A stretch of DNA of 64,000 nt. Origin: Chrysomallon squamiferum. Taxonomy: Eukaryota; Animalia; Mollusca. The position numbers were made by a program, and so were the translations under genes. Shown here in pieces: positions 42,760 through 59,883 of the stretch. The notes under the pieces were generated by a model that did no database searches, was not told where the DNA came from, and worked only from the letters and a program-made list of their open reading frames with translations. The stretch lies in the NCBI GenBank assembly GCA_012295275.1, contig CM022675.1, positions 13,578,001 to 13,642,000 on the forward strand, read 5' to 3'. Positions within the stretch are counted from its first letter, which is position 1. Every line of letters begins with the position of its first letter.

Positions 42760-42867
42760 CTTGAGTGTGACATCGCAAAGCTTCCCCTGCTTTCTTATGT
42801 CAACTATAATTGGGAAAGCAGAGATCGGCAAATCTTCTTTACAGAATACCACTCGGTCGTCCGCCAT
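42760..42867 (-). CDS. KLHL18: KLHL18 exon 1 (MADDRVVFCKEDLPISAFPIIVDIRKQGKLCDVTLK), GC donor
   Basis: ATG at 42867, 36 codons, start of the BTB domain. It ends AAG|GCAAGT with an in-frame TGA just after, and the phase-0 join to exon 2 restores LCDVTLK-VAEQKF. Confidence 0.88.
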
Positions 42868-42940
42868 TATTCTATTGTTTATGTTCCGGTCTAAGTAAAT
42901 TCTTACGAAGATTTTTAGCGCACCATTTCCTGTGAAAAAT
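42860..42940 (-). promoter_or_regulatory. KLHL18 TATA-less promoter/5'UTR with YY1-like and ETS-like motifs
   Basis: ATGGCGG overlapping the start codon, CCGGAA near 42883-42888 and CAGGAAATGG near 42922-42931 on the minus strand. CpG-retaining, no TATA seen. Confidence 0.4.
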
Positions 42941-43641
42941 TCGTTCGTGTTGTGATTTCCAAAGCAACAAAAACACTGGTAAATATTATAACATGATTAT
43001 ATATAAACTGAATATTATATTGGAAATTAATATTTAGCGGTACCGTAAATAATAATTAACTCTAGACCATTATGAGCTTTGCATCGCATTATTAAAAAAT
43101 GAATACAGGTGTGTACCTTTTTGTATTATACTTTGTATTTTATAAATGGAATTTCTACGTTACTGCAAATATGTATGTATACACTACAAAGGTATTTTTA
43201 AGGGATACATCTATGCATTTATGTATGTTTAGAAGAATGGTGGGAGGGAGGGATAGACGGTTTTATGTATGTGTCTTCAATTAAATGGATTAATTAATCA
43301 ATTAATAAAAAGTCAAGAATGTTTAAATAGAGAGCCATATAGATACACATTCGTTTATGCGAGACTATGGAGAGCGAGAGAGAGAGAGAGAGAGATTAAT
43401 CATATCATTAGTGGGTTATCGACATAACCGACCTATTGTTATCTGTATGTGCCAGTTATTGTTATGTTTATTTTATGAAATTAGATAACAAACGTGTAAT
43501 ACAAGCGCAATATTGAGACACTCAGAAGAAGACAACACCCTCTGTGGTAAACAGATATTATAAACAGTGACACCGGAAACAGAATATATGCATATTTATT
43601 TCTGTCGATCCACGAAAAGGATTTTTCATAATATTATATCA

Positions 43642-45806
<2,165 letters not shown>

Positions 45807-46304
45807 CGTGATGAAATCTAAATGTTGTATTTTCGGTGGTGATGGATTGGAAATGACAATGCATTTTTACGACAGGAATGAAGACTAAATAGGTTTTATC
45901 AAACATTATGAGAGAGACGGTGCACTGTAATTCTTAAACTAAAACTGAAATTTTTAAGAAAAAAAAACAACATAATAAATAAATTAAAAATGTTTTAAAA
46001 ATAAAATATTTAAATTACGTTGTTTTTTCTCTTTTCTCATACAGAGATTTCATTTCACATTAAACATTTACGTACCTACGTCATTTGACCTTTTCAAACT
46101 GTATAATAACGTATTCCATTTTGTCGTCTGCTAAATTTGACGTCTGCGCTGCTCTCTATTGAATCTAGCTATTCAGTGCAAATTCTAAACACGTTTTCGT
46201 TTTATTATTTTTATTATTTTTTTTATTTTTTTTAACTGATAATATAAGCACATAATATTGCCAAGAGAGTGTTGAAAAAATTTCGATATTTTTATAGTAC
46301 TTAA

Positions 46305-46366
<62 letters not shown>

Positions 46367-46555
46367 TAACAATAATAAATGAATAATGAATAATTAATTA
46401 ATTAAAGAAAAACACAGATAAGCGAATTAATTTAATTTATTTCCATAAAGTATGTTTATTTTCATTGTAATATTATTATTATTACTGTGAAACTTTCATC
46501 CTTTTTTTCATTGCTTTCTTTCCTTTCTTTTCTAATTTCTGAATTCTCCACACAG

Positions 46556-46743
46556 TTAGCTGCAGTTCAGTGTGTGTTGTTGTTGACGTGGTACGGACTG
46601 ACCCACGCGGTGTCCGTCGTTGTCGACGCAGTAACAGTGAGATCCCAAACACTGAATCTTTTCATAGTTGCCCGATCTGTCACATCGAAACTCAACTCCG
46701 ATCAGACCTGTACCCAAGTAAGCTGCCTCCGCCCTTGCACATT
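46556..46743 (-). CDS. Thyropin-like gene exon 4 (CARAEAAYLGTGLIGVEFRCDRSGNYEKIQCLGSHCYCVDNDGHRVGQSVPRQQQHTLNCS*)
   Basis: tacag acceptor; complete second Tg1 domain (C...GNY...QC.GS.CYCVD..G...C); TAA at 46558-46556. Confidence 0.92.
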
Positions 46744-46919
46744 CTGTAATAATAATAATAATAATAATAACAGTAATAATAATAACAGTAATAATAATAA
46801 CAGTAATAATAATAATAATAATATAACAATAATAATAATAATAATAACAATAATAATAATAACAATAATAATAATAATAATAATAACAATAATAATAATA
46901 ATATAATAATAATAATAAC

Positions 46920-46969
<50 letters not shown>

Positions 46970-47275
46970 CAACAACAATAATAATAATAATAATAGTAGT
47001 AACAGTAATACCAATACTAGTAGTAGAAGTAGTTGTAGTAACGTTGATGATGATGATGATAGTAATAAGTATAATTATAACAAAACAACAACAGTAATAA
47101 CAATAATAGCAATAATAATAATAACAATAATAACAATTTAAACAGAACAAATAAATTAAAATAAAACAATTATTTAGTTATACATTATTTATTTATTAAT
47201 GTATTTATTTATTTACTTTTACTTATTATTATTACAATGATTATGATGATGATGATGTTGATGATGATGATGATG

Positions 47276-47318
<43 letters not shown>

Positions 47319-47531
47319 TGTCAAAGAAAAGAACAATGAAGGAAGAAAGAGAAATAAAAGGGAAGAATAATGAAGGAAGAAAATAAAATAAAAACGAAAG
47401 AAAGGAAGAGATGATTAACGATGTAAGAAAGAGAGAAAGGGGGAAAGGAAGAAATAAGAGAGAAAGAAAGAAAGGAAGGAGAGAAGGAAGGAAGGTAGGA
47501 GAAATGAAGAAGGAAGCTAACTAAAACTTAC

Positions 47532-47617
47532 TGCATTTCATTTCACTTTCTCTAACCTCCCAGCGCAGATTTTGATAGCCTGAAATAGCGTCACCCTCTG
47601 GGGTGACACACCAGCAG
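47532..47617 (-). CDS. Thyropin-like gene exon 3 (CWCVTPEGDAISGYQNLRWEVRESEMKC)
   Basis: Read manually. ttcag acceptor, A|GTAAGT donor, 86 nt; CWCV..G signature. Confidence 0.9.
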
Positions 47618-48272
47618 CTGAAGTAAAAAAAGAGAAATAAATAAATAAATAAATAAATAAATATTAAACCACAAACAACAACAACAGATGGGACTGTTTT
47701 CTTCAGAAAATCTTTCTTTATTGCATATCTTTTTTTCTTCTTTTTTTTTCTTATTATTATTGGGATTTTTTAAGTTTTTTTTTTTTTTTTTTTTTTTTTT
47801 ACACTGCCCCATGTCCTCCCTTCCAATTACCTATTTGATGGAACCGCCCTAGGCTAGGCAACAGTTTTTCTTTTTGTGTGTCCTGTACATAATAATGGAA
47901 ACAGACATTATTCGCGGATTTCAAAGAATGACGTTTTCATTTTGACTTTTCTATCGATCTCACAGAAACAGACATTTCCCCAGCCACTCTATACTGCACG
48001 ACAAAAAAAAAAAACAAAAAATTAACACCAAATAATTGCTATTGTTTTGCGCTTTTTATTTTGCGTTCACTACTATGTTAATCACTTAACAACTTCACTT
48101 CAAAAGTAGATTTATATTATTGTTTTATTTTATTTTATTTTTATTTATTTCTTTATTTCTTTTTATTAATTTTATTCCCGCATTTTTACATTTATTTTTT
48201 GTTCACTTTTTCAGAATAAGTTAATGGTATAGTGCAGAAATAAACAATAAATAATATACATTAAATAATTCC

Positions 48273-48378
<106 letters not shown>

Positions 48379-49332
48379 AATATAGTAAATTGTCGAAATA
48401 CAGTAATTATACAATTTTAAAACTTGCGAAAAATGTACTAAACTACAAAAGAATGAAATGATTAATGCTAAATGCAGATAAGAAATTATTTAATCGTTTG
48501 TTTGATTTTTTCATATCGTTACATCGTTATACACATTGTTTCTTTATTTATTTTTATTTATTTTTATTGTTGTTGTTGTTATTTTTTTATTGTTGTTGTC
48601 GTTGTTGTTGTTACAGATTTTCTTTTTACTAATTTGAAAGACAGCAATGGTAGTGGTTATAAAGAAATAAATAAGTTATATTTAGCAGTAATAACATACA
48701 TAAAAAGGTAATTAAATAAAAACAAAAAAGCAAAAACAAAAAAGCATTAAATAAATCAATAAAAAGAAAGCAAATAAACAAACATATGAACAAATAAATA
48801 AATAAATAAATAAATAAAGTAAAATAATTAAATAAACAAACAAATTAGAACGACAACAGTTCTTTCATTTAACGTAACAGAAAACGGGAAAGTATTTCTA
48901 CGTCGCGTTTCTTTTTTCGAACACTATATAGCTGACGGCATATTAGTCACTGTACCGAAAGTGTTTTTCAAAGCAGCGACACAACGACAGAGATCTCTTG
49001 TACCGAATATTCGAACTCGACAGCTGCATAGCCTTTCATTACATGTTAATCCAGTATTATATACGACAATCACACTGGCTGACTTCCAATAAACAAGAAC
49101 TACTCTTTATCGTTTAATAAAACGGTGACTGTTGTTGTGGATGCTGTTGTGTTGTTAATATTCGCCTTAGGCTAGTCCGATCTGACACCAGAGAAATAAA
49201 TACATTATTGCTTAATAGCAGTAATAATATAGTTTTTGAGTTCCAGAGAGAGAGAGAGAGAGAGAGCTATGTTTGGAACAGGATATTAATCATCTGTTTG
49301 TATTTAGTTCTCAGAGGTGCTATATTTCATAT

Positions 49333-49429
<97 letters not shown>

Positions 49430-49693
49430 CAAAATTTCTACATCATAAAAGAACAGAACCAATATCGGCATGGGTTGCACGTCACGAAATCGGTTCTCAA
49501 TGAAGGTAAACTTAACTGACACTGACATAATATGAAAAGCAGATGCAAATACCCGAGTCTGCTGAATGCATCAGTATTCACAGACTTCAATTTCACTGCC
49601 AAAACCGTATCTGATATTTTTAATATCGACAGAAAAATGATCCGCACTCATCTCCAGAATGCGAATAAGTTATATACCATATTTTACACTTTT

Positions 49694-50128
<435 letters not shown>

Positions 50129-50782
50129 CCCCCTGGTTAAAAGTTGCATTCTTCAGTATTCTTAACTGTAGCAGACGTCTTGAGTCATAAACATGGAATC
50201 GATTTTGTACTGAGCATGAGCGTGAATCGATCTATAAATTCCTTACTTTGTTGTAATTTTGACTTGACATTGTTTAATGCAACAACAACAACAACAATAA
50301 TAATAATAATATATGTGTTTGCTGTTCTTGTCATTTATGTTATTCGTGACGTAACACTCCCCCCATTATAGTCCACCCTCCCACCGGCATCAGCCAAAAA
50401 CGTCGATACTAATTCACTCTCACCAGCTGTGGATTTCTTTCGGTTTTGGTTGCGATTACCTAAATTACGAAATGTGTACGAAAAACATCAGCAGCTTTAT
50501 TACGGAAACGTTACTTTGTTTGTGGGAGAATGCTAACGAAGCAAAACTGCCAGTTCACGTATACTTGGCAAATATTTGGAATCTGTGGTTAATCGCTTAG
50601 TTGTTTGAACAGTTATTACAGACTGCGATCAGTAACGGAAATGAGCGAATGACGATCGTGTACTCAAGGGCGAATAAGTCAACGAAAAGTGAGAGTTTAA
50701 AAAAAAAAAATAAGTGAAAGAAATGAGAAATCTGATGTTAAACAGCAACAGCAGCAACAGAAAATATAACAACAACAACAAC

Positions 50783-50818
<36 letters not shown>

Positions 50819-50971
50819 GTAAATAAATAAATTAATTAATTAATTAATAATAGTGAATTTTACTTAATAAAAAATATTTTTAAAAAGTTTCAAAGAGAAA
50901 ACGTTTTATGTAAATGTTCTTACTTAATATTATTTTTAAATAAATTTTTATTATTATTAATTTTTTTACAC

Positions 50972-51036
<65 letters not shown>

Positions 51037-51619
51037 ACGTCTATAAATGAGAACGATCATGCTAAGCCATGTAAACTAATTATGCCACTAAGGTGAACGA
51101 ACAGGCACAGTGTATGTGACTCTGTCTCTGTTGAAATGTAAGCTTCTTAGTGCAAAAACGATCTTGCACGTGTCAAAGCTTGGGCTCAGCCAACTGTTGA
51201 TCCCTTGGCCTTGACATTGTTATTGTAACTTGTTTACCACCCGAGAATAATGCCAGACGTTGCCAACAAAGCCACAGTGGCATACAACTTTTTTTTTTTT
51301 TTTTACTACCTAGGTATAAATGACCTAAAATCATGACCCAGAAAGGAAAATGAAAAAGAAAAACAGGTTGGTTTCTGTAATATCAGCGGATTATTTCATA
51401 ATGCTGTTTGTGAACGTGTGTGTATTTATTTGTCTGGGAAAATATATGTCAGTGTGAATATCTTCAGTATGTTTGTGTTATATTTATACATACATACATA
51501 GATATATGTAAGTGTATTCGTTTTACACTATTTAATAATAATATATGGATCTCTGTATATAGTCAATAGACGTAATTTGCATGAATAAAGATTATTTCAG
51601 TGCTTTTATACATATAAAT

Positions 51620-51694
<75 letters not shown>

Positions 51695-51723
51695 ACACAC
51701 ACAAACAGGAGAGAGAGAGAGAC

Positions 51724-51823
<100 letters not shown>

Positions 51824-51869
51824 AGAGACAGAGAAACACACACAGACAGACAGACAGACAGACGTGTAC

Positions 51870-52008
51870 CTTGTGCCTGCACATCGGTGGTCGGCATATT
51901 CTCCTTCCTCGTTGCACCTCGGCTCGTCCGCACCCACAAAGAACGACCCAGCCTCCAGGGCGTTGGCCTGAGAAGTGAGATAGTCCCTGTGTGCCTCCGA
52001 ACAGGGCT
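51870..52008 (-). CDS. Thyropin-like gene exon 2 (PCSEAHRDYLTSQANALEAGSFFVGADEPRCNEEGEYADHRCAGT)
   Basis: ctag acceptor, AG|GTACAC donor; P-x-C-xxx-G-x-Y Tg1 pattern. Confidence 0.88.
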
Positions 52009-52189
52009 CTAGTGTCAACACACATATACAATATCAACAACAGCAGCAGCAGCAACAACAACAACAACAATGATAATAACAATAGAAATAATAATAATAA
52101 TGTTATATTAATAGTAATAATGATAATAATAATAACAATAGTAATAATAATAATAATAGTATAATAATAGTAATAATGATAATAATAAC

Positions 52190-52229
<40 letters not shown>

Positions 52230-52944
52230 CAATAGTAATAGTAATAATAATAGTTATAGTAATAATAAAAATAATAGTTATAATAATTATTATAATTATA
52301 ATTAAAAATGATAATGCTGATAATGATGGTGTTGACGATGGTGATGATGATAATAATGATGATGATGATGATGTTCATGATGATGAGTACTTGCAGTTGT
52401 GGTAGTTGTTGTTTTTTGTTGTACTAAACATAATAGCAGTAGTGATACAATTAGTAATAGTTGTAGCAGTGACGGTGTAATAACTATTGTAGTAGGTGTG
52501 TTGTAAAAATGTGATATACGTCGTAGTAGTTGCAATGGTGGTGGTGGTTAAACCAGTAGTAGTTGTAGTTTTGGATGTGGTAAATATAGCTTCATTTCAC
52601 TAAACCCGTTAAACTGGTAAAATAAAAAAAATAAAATAAAAAAAAAAAAAAATAAAAATGTTAAAAAACGTATCTGTATTCTTTCTATACGCAGATTTCA
52701 TTTTCACCCTCCTCACCCCTACCCATCCCCTATTTCTTTGAACTCTCTACAGACAAACAGGTCACGGAGTGCAGTGAAAACAGGTGATGGGGGAGATGTC
52801 ACGTTGACCTGTAATATTTAAACAAAAGTGTCTCACATGGCCCCGCTGATTTTGTCAATGAGAAACGTGACCGTGTGAAGTGGCGATGACACCACACCGG
52901 TAATTTGCATATTGAGATTAATATGATGTGACAAGTGTGTGTTT

Positions 52945-53019
<75 letters not shown>

Positions 53020-53123
53020 ATAATTATGCAATAGATCAACGTGTAAATCTGAATTATATATATACATACTTTTTTCTTTGTCGTTCTTTCATTTATTTAT
53101 TTATTTATTTATTATTATTATTA

Positions 53124-53167
<44 letters not shown>

Positions 53168-53362
53168 GCGATAGTTCTGTAAACGCTATTTATTTTATTT
53201 TTTATTTTTTTTTTATATATATTTTATTTTATTTTATTTTATTATTTTTTATTTTGACGAGATTCGTGGTTTATAAATAAAAAGACATGAATTTCCACTT
53301 TAGTACAACGTCACATGACCTGACAAGAAAGTTATCCATTTTAACAACATGTGAACCAGTCG

Positions 53363-53404
<42 letters not shown>

Positions 53405-53469
53405 TTCTCTCTCTCGCTCTATCTCTGCATTGTGCACTACGATTTTGTTTAATAACAACAACAACAAGA

Positions 53470-53519
<50 letters not shown>

Positions 53520-53969
53520 CATAATCATAATAATAATAATAATAAATAGAAGAAGAAGAAGAACAACAACAACAACATCAAGATAGGAAATTAATTATTG
53601 AATTAAAGAGAGTAAATAAGAGACTAAGAATACACTGGCTTTTGTGTTAGATTTGAATATAAATAAAAACAGGGCGAATGTCAAAATGGATAAACGAAAT
53701 GTGCAGTCACGAACATTTAATTACCTAAAACAAATAATTACCTCCCTTCGTCAGTCACGACCTTAAAGTGACATGCATTCAACGTGTTTATATTCGCTTT
53801 GTGTTTCAGTGGGGGTTTTGTGTGTGTTTTTGTGCATGTTATTTAATTTATTTATTTCATGTATTACTAATATTTTTATTTTATTTTATTTTATATTTTT
53901 TTATTTATTATTATTTTAATACCTGTTACACGTACTATAATGAAAAGAAACAGTTTAAAGATGATGATG

Positions 53970-54024
<55 letters not shown>

Positions 54025-54169
54025 CAATAACAATAATCACCATCATCATCATCATTATAAAACTGACATTAGTAGTAAAAGTAGTAGTAGTGTCGTAACA
54101 GCAACAGTGCGAATAATAATAATAATATAGTAGTAGTAGTAGTAGTAGTAGTAGTATTATTATTATTAT

Positions 54170-54216
<47 letters not shown>

Positions 54217-54505
54217 TAAAAATTAAACAACCCAACGTAAAAACAAATAAACAAACATACGAATATCGTACCAGTGGAAATTTCTAGAAACCGCCAGTCA
54301 TACAAGTATATCGACGCAATAGCAAAACAGGCTTATTATCTGCGTTTCGTGTCTTTTTTTTTATCGTGTCCAAATAACACGATAATCATTCGTACAGTCA
54401 GCATGTAACAATGACGTTACGTAACCAAAAGTAATAAACCCTTGCTCGTGACTTCCACCTCATGACGTCATTATAATTCAACACTCGTTAGCGTCGGCGT
54501 CTTTA

Positions 54506-54570
<65 letters not shown>

Positions 54571-54926
54571 TCTTCTTCGTTTGTTACTTTGTTTACAGTT
54601 CGCTGCATTTGAGCGTGTACTGAGCTATTCTTAGTAACTGTTATTAAAAAGAAAAAAAAACGAATAACTTTCTGAGTGGCGGGTAATACCAATTGATTCC
54701 TGCACTACGTCAAAGGTCAGCTGTCACGAAAAAAGAAATAAAAAATCACCTGGTTATAATAAAGGTGGGTTTATTTGTGAGAGAAAAAAAATACTTTCAC
54801 TGAATGATAACGTCTGAAAGTGTTACTGCGGATTTCAAATAAAGAATGAAAGTGCTATTTTGTTGAACTTTCTAGAAATATCCTTTTATTATTGTTGTTG
54901 TTTTTGTTTTTGTTGTTAGTATTAAA

Positions 54927-55029
<103 letters not shown>

Positions 55030-55495
55030 TTAAAATCAACATGTCAAGTAGTTACATTTACCATCTTTTCTTTTCTTTTTTTTCCCCGATTACACATGGA
55101 ACAGATTATTTTGGGAAATGGCGTTTTAAATATATTTTATCACTTAACGTGGAAACGACTCTTAAATATACATACACAAACTATTTCTCTCTCTGTTTTT
55201 CTATATACATGTATAATATAATAATAATAATAATAATAATATGAAGTGAAAAGGAAGAATAGAAACCTGTACTGCTACTTCTTCTGCTCCTACTACAACT
55301 ACTACTGCTACTACTATTTGTTATACTACTACTACGATGATTGTTACTATTACTATTTTAGCGTCACTTCATCAATTGATTAAAATAATGAATCAAATAC
55401 TGTTTTCCTAATTTAAATTCGACACATAGTAAAAGAAAATAATAAATAAATAAATAAAATAAAATTATTCATATAAAAAATATTAGAAATAGTGA

Positions 55496-55530
<35 letters not shown>

Positions 55531-55800
55531 ATATTACGTTCCATTACTGAAAAATAAACTTTTTATATTTCATTAAAAATAATCAATTAATCGGGTAATT
55601 AATGAAAAAAAAATGAAGAACATAATATAATATAATATAATATAATATAATATAATATAATATAATAAAACAAAACTAAACAAAACAAAATAAAATAAAA
55701 AACTAATAAAATATAACAAAATAAAATAAAATATAATATAATAAAATGCAACAAAACAAAATAAAATAAAATAAAATAAAATAAGATAAGATGTACTTAC

Positions 55801-55852
55801 TAATCGCAGTGGCTACTAGGGGTAACAAACAGAGGATGAAAACAAAATACAT
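55801..55852 (-). CDS. Thyropin-like gene exon 1, signal peptide (MYFVFILCLLPLVATAI)
   Basis: AAAATG context, hydrophobic core, ATA-type cleavage site, perfect A|GTAAGT donor, phase 1 matching exon 2. Confidence 0.8.
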
Positions 55853-55904
55853 TTTTGTGGAGAGATTTACAAACACAGAATAGACTACAATGGCGACCGC
55901 TTTC

Positions 55905-55939
55905 AACTGTGGGAGGAAGCTGGGAAAGTAAGTTATATA
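55905..55939 (-). promoter_or_regulatory. TATA box plus initiator of the thyropin-like gene
   Basis: Minus-strand TATATAA at 55939-55933, and CAGTT initiator with the A at 55908, 31 nt downstream of the TATA and 56 nt upstream of the ATG. Confidence 0.7.
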
Positions 55940-56196
55940 CCACAGTTCATCCGTTATTTTATATCTGGTTATCCGTCATTATTTTAAATTGAGTATTAAC
56001 CACCAGATAAATATCAGTAAAACAATTTCACACGTCAAAATGTCACGGACTCTGTCATTTATTTCGAATCCCTACGAGTCAAATTGAAAACGATAGCTCT
56101 TAGCTGTATGTGTGTTTTTATTTATGTATATTTCTGACTGTATGTATTTGTTTCTTTTGCATTTTATTTATTTATTTATTTATTTATTTATTATTA

Positions 56197-56240
<44 letters not shown>

Positions 56241-57277
56241 CAGAAAACAAGTAGGTGTAGTAGTGGTATTAGTAATGTTAGTATACTCCTTTTGTCGTAA
56301 ATACATATTTTATTTTAATTATTTATATATTTTATTGTTAAAATTATTGTTGTTGCTGCTGCTGTTGCAGTATATACATATATATACATATACAAAGAAC
56401 TGGAAAAAAAACGACAGGAATAATAACAACTAACACCTTGATACACACTCTCACACAAGTTATAACAATAATAAATCAATAAATCATTACGTGAGAAATT
56501 TAAAATAATTATTACTTCTAGTATAACTTTACGTTTGACCTTTTCCCATGATTTTTGACATTATAAGTAATGAAAACTAAAATATCGTGTTCGCAGTTTT
56601 AAATATTATTACGCTATTGTTATTCATACAAAAAAAAAAAAAAAAAAAAAAAAAAAATAGGATGTTTATTTAATTCGTCAGTGATACATGCAAACTGAGA
56701 ACTGTTTAGGTACAGTTTATATTCTTAAATTACGTAATTATTTACTTATGAATAATAAGATGAACCGTGATATCATATAAAGTTCTAATTAATATTCTGT
56801 CATTCAGCTGTCCTTGACGTCGACAAATGTAATTAAGAGTTATAATTTGCAGGGCTGGGTTGGGAGAAGTAAATCACCTGATTAAAATCTTGAAAGATGA
56901 TTGGCTGATTACGTCAGTCGTCTGTATTTTATACAATTTATAACATTTTTTTTTTTTTTTTTTTTTTTTTTAATAATTATTGCGATGCTCACGTAAATGT
57001 TTCCATGCGCATGTCCAAAAAGAAAATAAATCGCTTGCTATAAGAAAAATCGAATATATTTATTTATTTATTTATGTTTAATTTGTTGTACTTCTTTTAT
57101 TATTTTTTATTTTTCATTTTTCTGCAACGGCATCAGTAATAAATAAATAAATAAATAAATAAATAAAATTATTCATATAAACCAATACTTCCGTACATAC
57201 ATCCATGTGGGTAGAAACAATTTTTCTTTCTTTTTTTTTTATCTTTACTTTTTTATCTTTTTTTTTCTTCTCTTTTC

Positions 57278-57312
<35 letters not shown>

Positions 57313-57479
57313 TTTGTTTGTTTATTTATTATTTTGTTTGTTTGTTTGGGAATTGCTGCTTTTTTACACCTTGTCATTATCAAATCTTGTTATTACTGTA
57401 TGCTACACAGTGACATTTCCAGATAATTCTTAAATCTGACACCTGCTTTTCTCACACACTTGTACTCACTCAGCTTAAC

Positions 57480-57515
<36 letters not shown>

Positions 57516-57700
57516 TACCTAAGCATTTTTTTTACACTTAAGTTAATTATTAAAATATTGTAAATAAGAATATAATATATGTAATATAACATGTATATAA
57601 TAATAATCATAATAATAATAATAATAATTACCTAAGCATTTTTTTTACACTTAAGTTAATTATTAAAATATTGTAAATAAGAATATAATATATGTAATAT
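57480..57700. repeat. ~113-bp tandem duplication anchored on (AAT)n
   Basis: TTACCTAAGCATTTTTTTTACACTTAAGTTAATTATTAAAATATTGTAAATAAGAATATAATATATGTAATAT occurs twice. Confidence 0.88.
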
Positions 57701-58013
57701 CATATGTTTATAAGCAGTTTAAACCGATCGATTTCCTACGATGATGACTATTCCTTTATTCCTGTCACACCTCACCCCTCACCCCATGTTGCAACGAATC
57801 TACGCAGATGTTAAAAAGCAAAAAATATGCACAATTACGTTCCGTAAATTTAAAGTGATTTCACGAGAAAACTAGAACAAACCTAAATGAGTCACTTTTT
57901 TTATTTTACATAAATCTTCTTCTTTTTTTTATTATTATTAAAGTGAAAAAAAACAACAACCTGAAAGCGTTTTAGTAGTATAAACTTTGAAAATGATTTA
58001 GCATTTTTATAAT

Positions 58014-58080
<67 letters not shown>

Positions 58081-58719
58081 CATTGTGAAGTAGAGCCATA
58101 TAATACAGTACATTATATCAACAAAAAATTGTAGTATGTTCACGCACACACACACACACGTATGTATGTACGTACGTATGTATACAAACACAGATAAATA
58201 CACATTCATTATCAACCAAGAATCGTAGCAACAAATATTTTCAATAATCAATTACTGTTTATTGGTACAGATAAAAATAAACAAATACATAAGTAGATAA
58301 TGAATAAACATACAAACAATTAATTAAATAAATAAATAAATAATTTATAACAGGAAGATCTACACAACAGGTTTTATCATACAGTGTCCTCGTGCGAGAA
58401 AATTTACATAAACGTCAACAATTAAATCTTACAATCAACGAACCTAACCACAAATTATACATTATTTAAATACAACAGTTATCTTCAGTACTGGTAAATA
58501 TTCAACTAATTCCATGAAATTATTCCATAGTCAGTTCATACACTATTGCTGAAATCAGTTTATTGTTTTGTAAAAGAAAATGCCAGTTTTTGGTTTGACT
58601 TAGAAATTGTGATCAGGATAAACCAGCAAAAACGATTAAAACGATTAATCGCTCATCTTAAAATATTTGTGTATATTTGTCTGCTAGTGAAATAAAATAT
58701 TTAATTGAGAAAGGAATGA

Positions 58720-58772
<53 letters not shown>

Positions 58773-59069
58773 GATGTATAAAAAAATTATCCGTTTGTGA
58801 AAAGTTATTAAAGTTACAAAATATAAATATTAGCAAATCAATTCTTTACTTTAAACAGGTCGGTTATTTAAAAGTTTATAAAATTAATATATCAACGAAA
58901 CCGTAAATAAATATTTAGAACATACTAGAATAAACAGAGAAAAATAAGTTATTTATATTTTGTTGTTGCCGTTTTCAGTAAGTGTTGAGGTACTTAATTA
59001 TTGACAGTTATGATGACGTAGGCTCAAGGAATTGTTACAGCAATTAAAATGTGTAACTAAACAACACAC

Positions 59070-59154
59070 TGACGTCATCTGTCTTGTTGTTTGACCTCCA
59101 CACAATGGGATTTGCCTCTCTATCGTGATGAAAAAGCCGGTGTGGATTGCATCA
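59070..59154 (+). promoter_or_regulatory. Upstream CRE plus CARE/AARE cluster
   Basis: TGACGTCA 59070-59077, TGATGAAA 59126-59133, ATTGCATCA 59146-59154. Confidence 0.5.
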
Positions 59155-59597
59155 CGGCCCTAGTAACCTAAAACTACCGGCATATATCGGTTACAATTCG
59201 ATTGTTATTTACAATTCAGATGAATTGAAACAAATAAAATAATTGATTGTTATTATTATTTCATTTTTAATAAAGAACGAAAACTTATTCTTACTGCATT
59301 CATAATGTACCCAGTATTCTGATTATAAATTATAATCATAATAATGTAGTTATTATTAATAAACACCAAAACGCGGAAGCGAAATAACATGGGCTTCGAC
59401 CTTTCTTTCTTTCTTACCGGTTGATGTACATTATACAGCAACAACATTAAATCTATCCGAAACAGTAAAATCCATTAATGTTTCTGTTGCACCAAAAGTC
59501 CATTGCACCCACATCCCTTGTTTTGTAAACACAGTGACCGCTAATACATTTACTAGACCGCATTGCATTTTAGTAACAGGAATGACCTCCAAATAAA

Positions 59598-59670
59598 GGG
59601 AATCCCCCCTGCGTGATGGTGTTGCATCACTGCGCAGGCGCAGAAGGCAATTTATGCTATATATAGCGTG
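59598..59670 (+). promoter_or_regulatory. Proximal promoter: NF-kB, HRE, C/EBP-ATF (CARE/AARE), NRF-1 and TATA motifs
   Basis: GGGAATCCCC 59598-59607; GCGTG 59611-59615; GTTGCATCA 59621-59629; TGCGCAGGCGCA 59631-59642; TATATATAG 59658-59666. Confidence 0.7.
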
Positions 59671-59772
59671 CAGGTGAATCTCCGACCAAGCACTGAAAAA
59701 TCTTCGGATTGAACTAACCGAGCGAGTTAAAACAAGAAGCTAAAGAAAGAAGACAAATATCTCTCTTCGAAA

Positions 59773-59883
59773 ATGAGTTTGTTGATAAATGTGACGCGGG
59801 GTAGCATCTTCCTATGTAAAAGCGGCCTAAAATCTCTTGGAAGTACGAAGACGACGATGATATGGAAAACGCTGTCTGGGAAG
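59773..59883 (+). CDS. AOX: Exon 1 of a mitochondrial protein, probable alternative oxidase: presequence MSLLINVTRGSIFLCKSGLKSLGSTKTTMIWKTLSGK
   Basis: AAAATG downstream of a TATA box; 37 codons with no D/E, rich in K/R/S/T/L; AAG|GTATAG donor, phase 0 matching the next exon. Confidence 0.65.

Larger units (their letters stand above)
30504..42867 (-). other. KLHL18: Gene model: kelch-like protein 18 (BTB-BACK-6xKelch, CUL3 substrate adaptor); 11 coding exons, about 568 aa if exon 9 were intact
   Basis: Hand-spliced exons 42867-42760, 41837-41707, 41244-41104, 39434-39236, 35209-35052, 34109-33973, 33657-33550, 32854-32740, 32075-31976, 31664-31553, 30896-30504 join in consistent phase except exon 9. 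The translation matches recalled vertebrate KLHL18 motifs ([31 protein letters not shown]-terminal HEGGVGVG). Confidence 0.93.
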
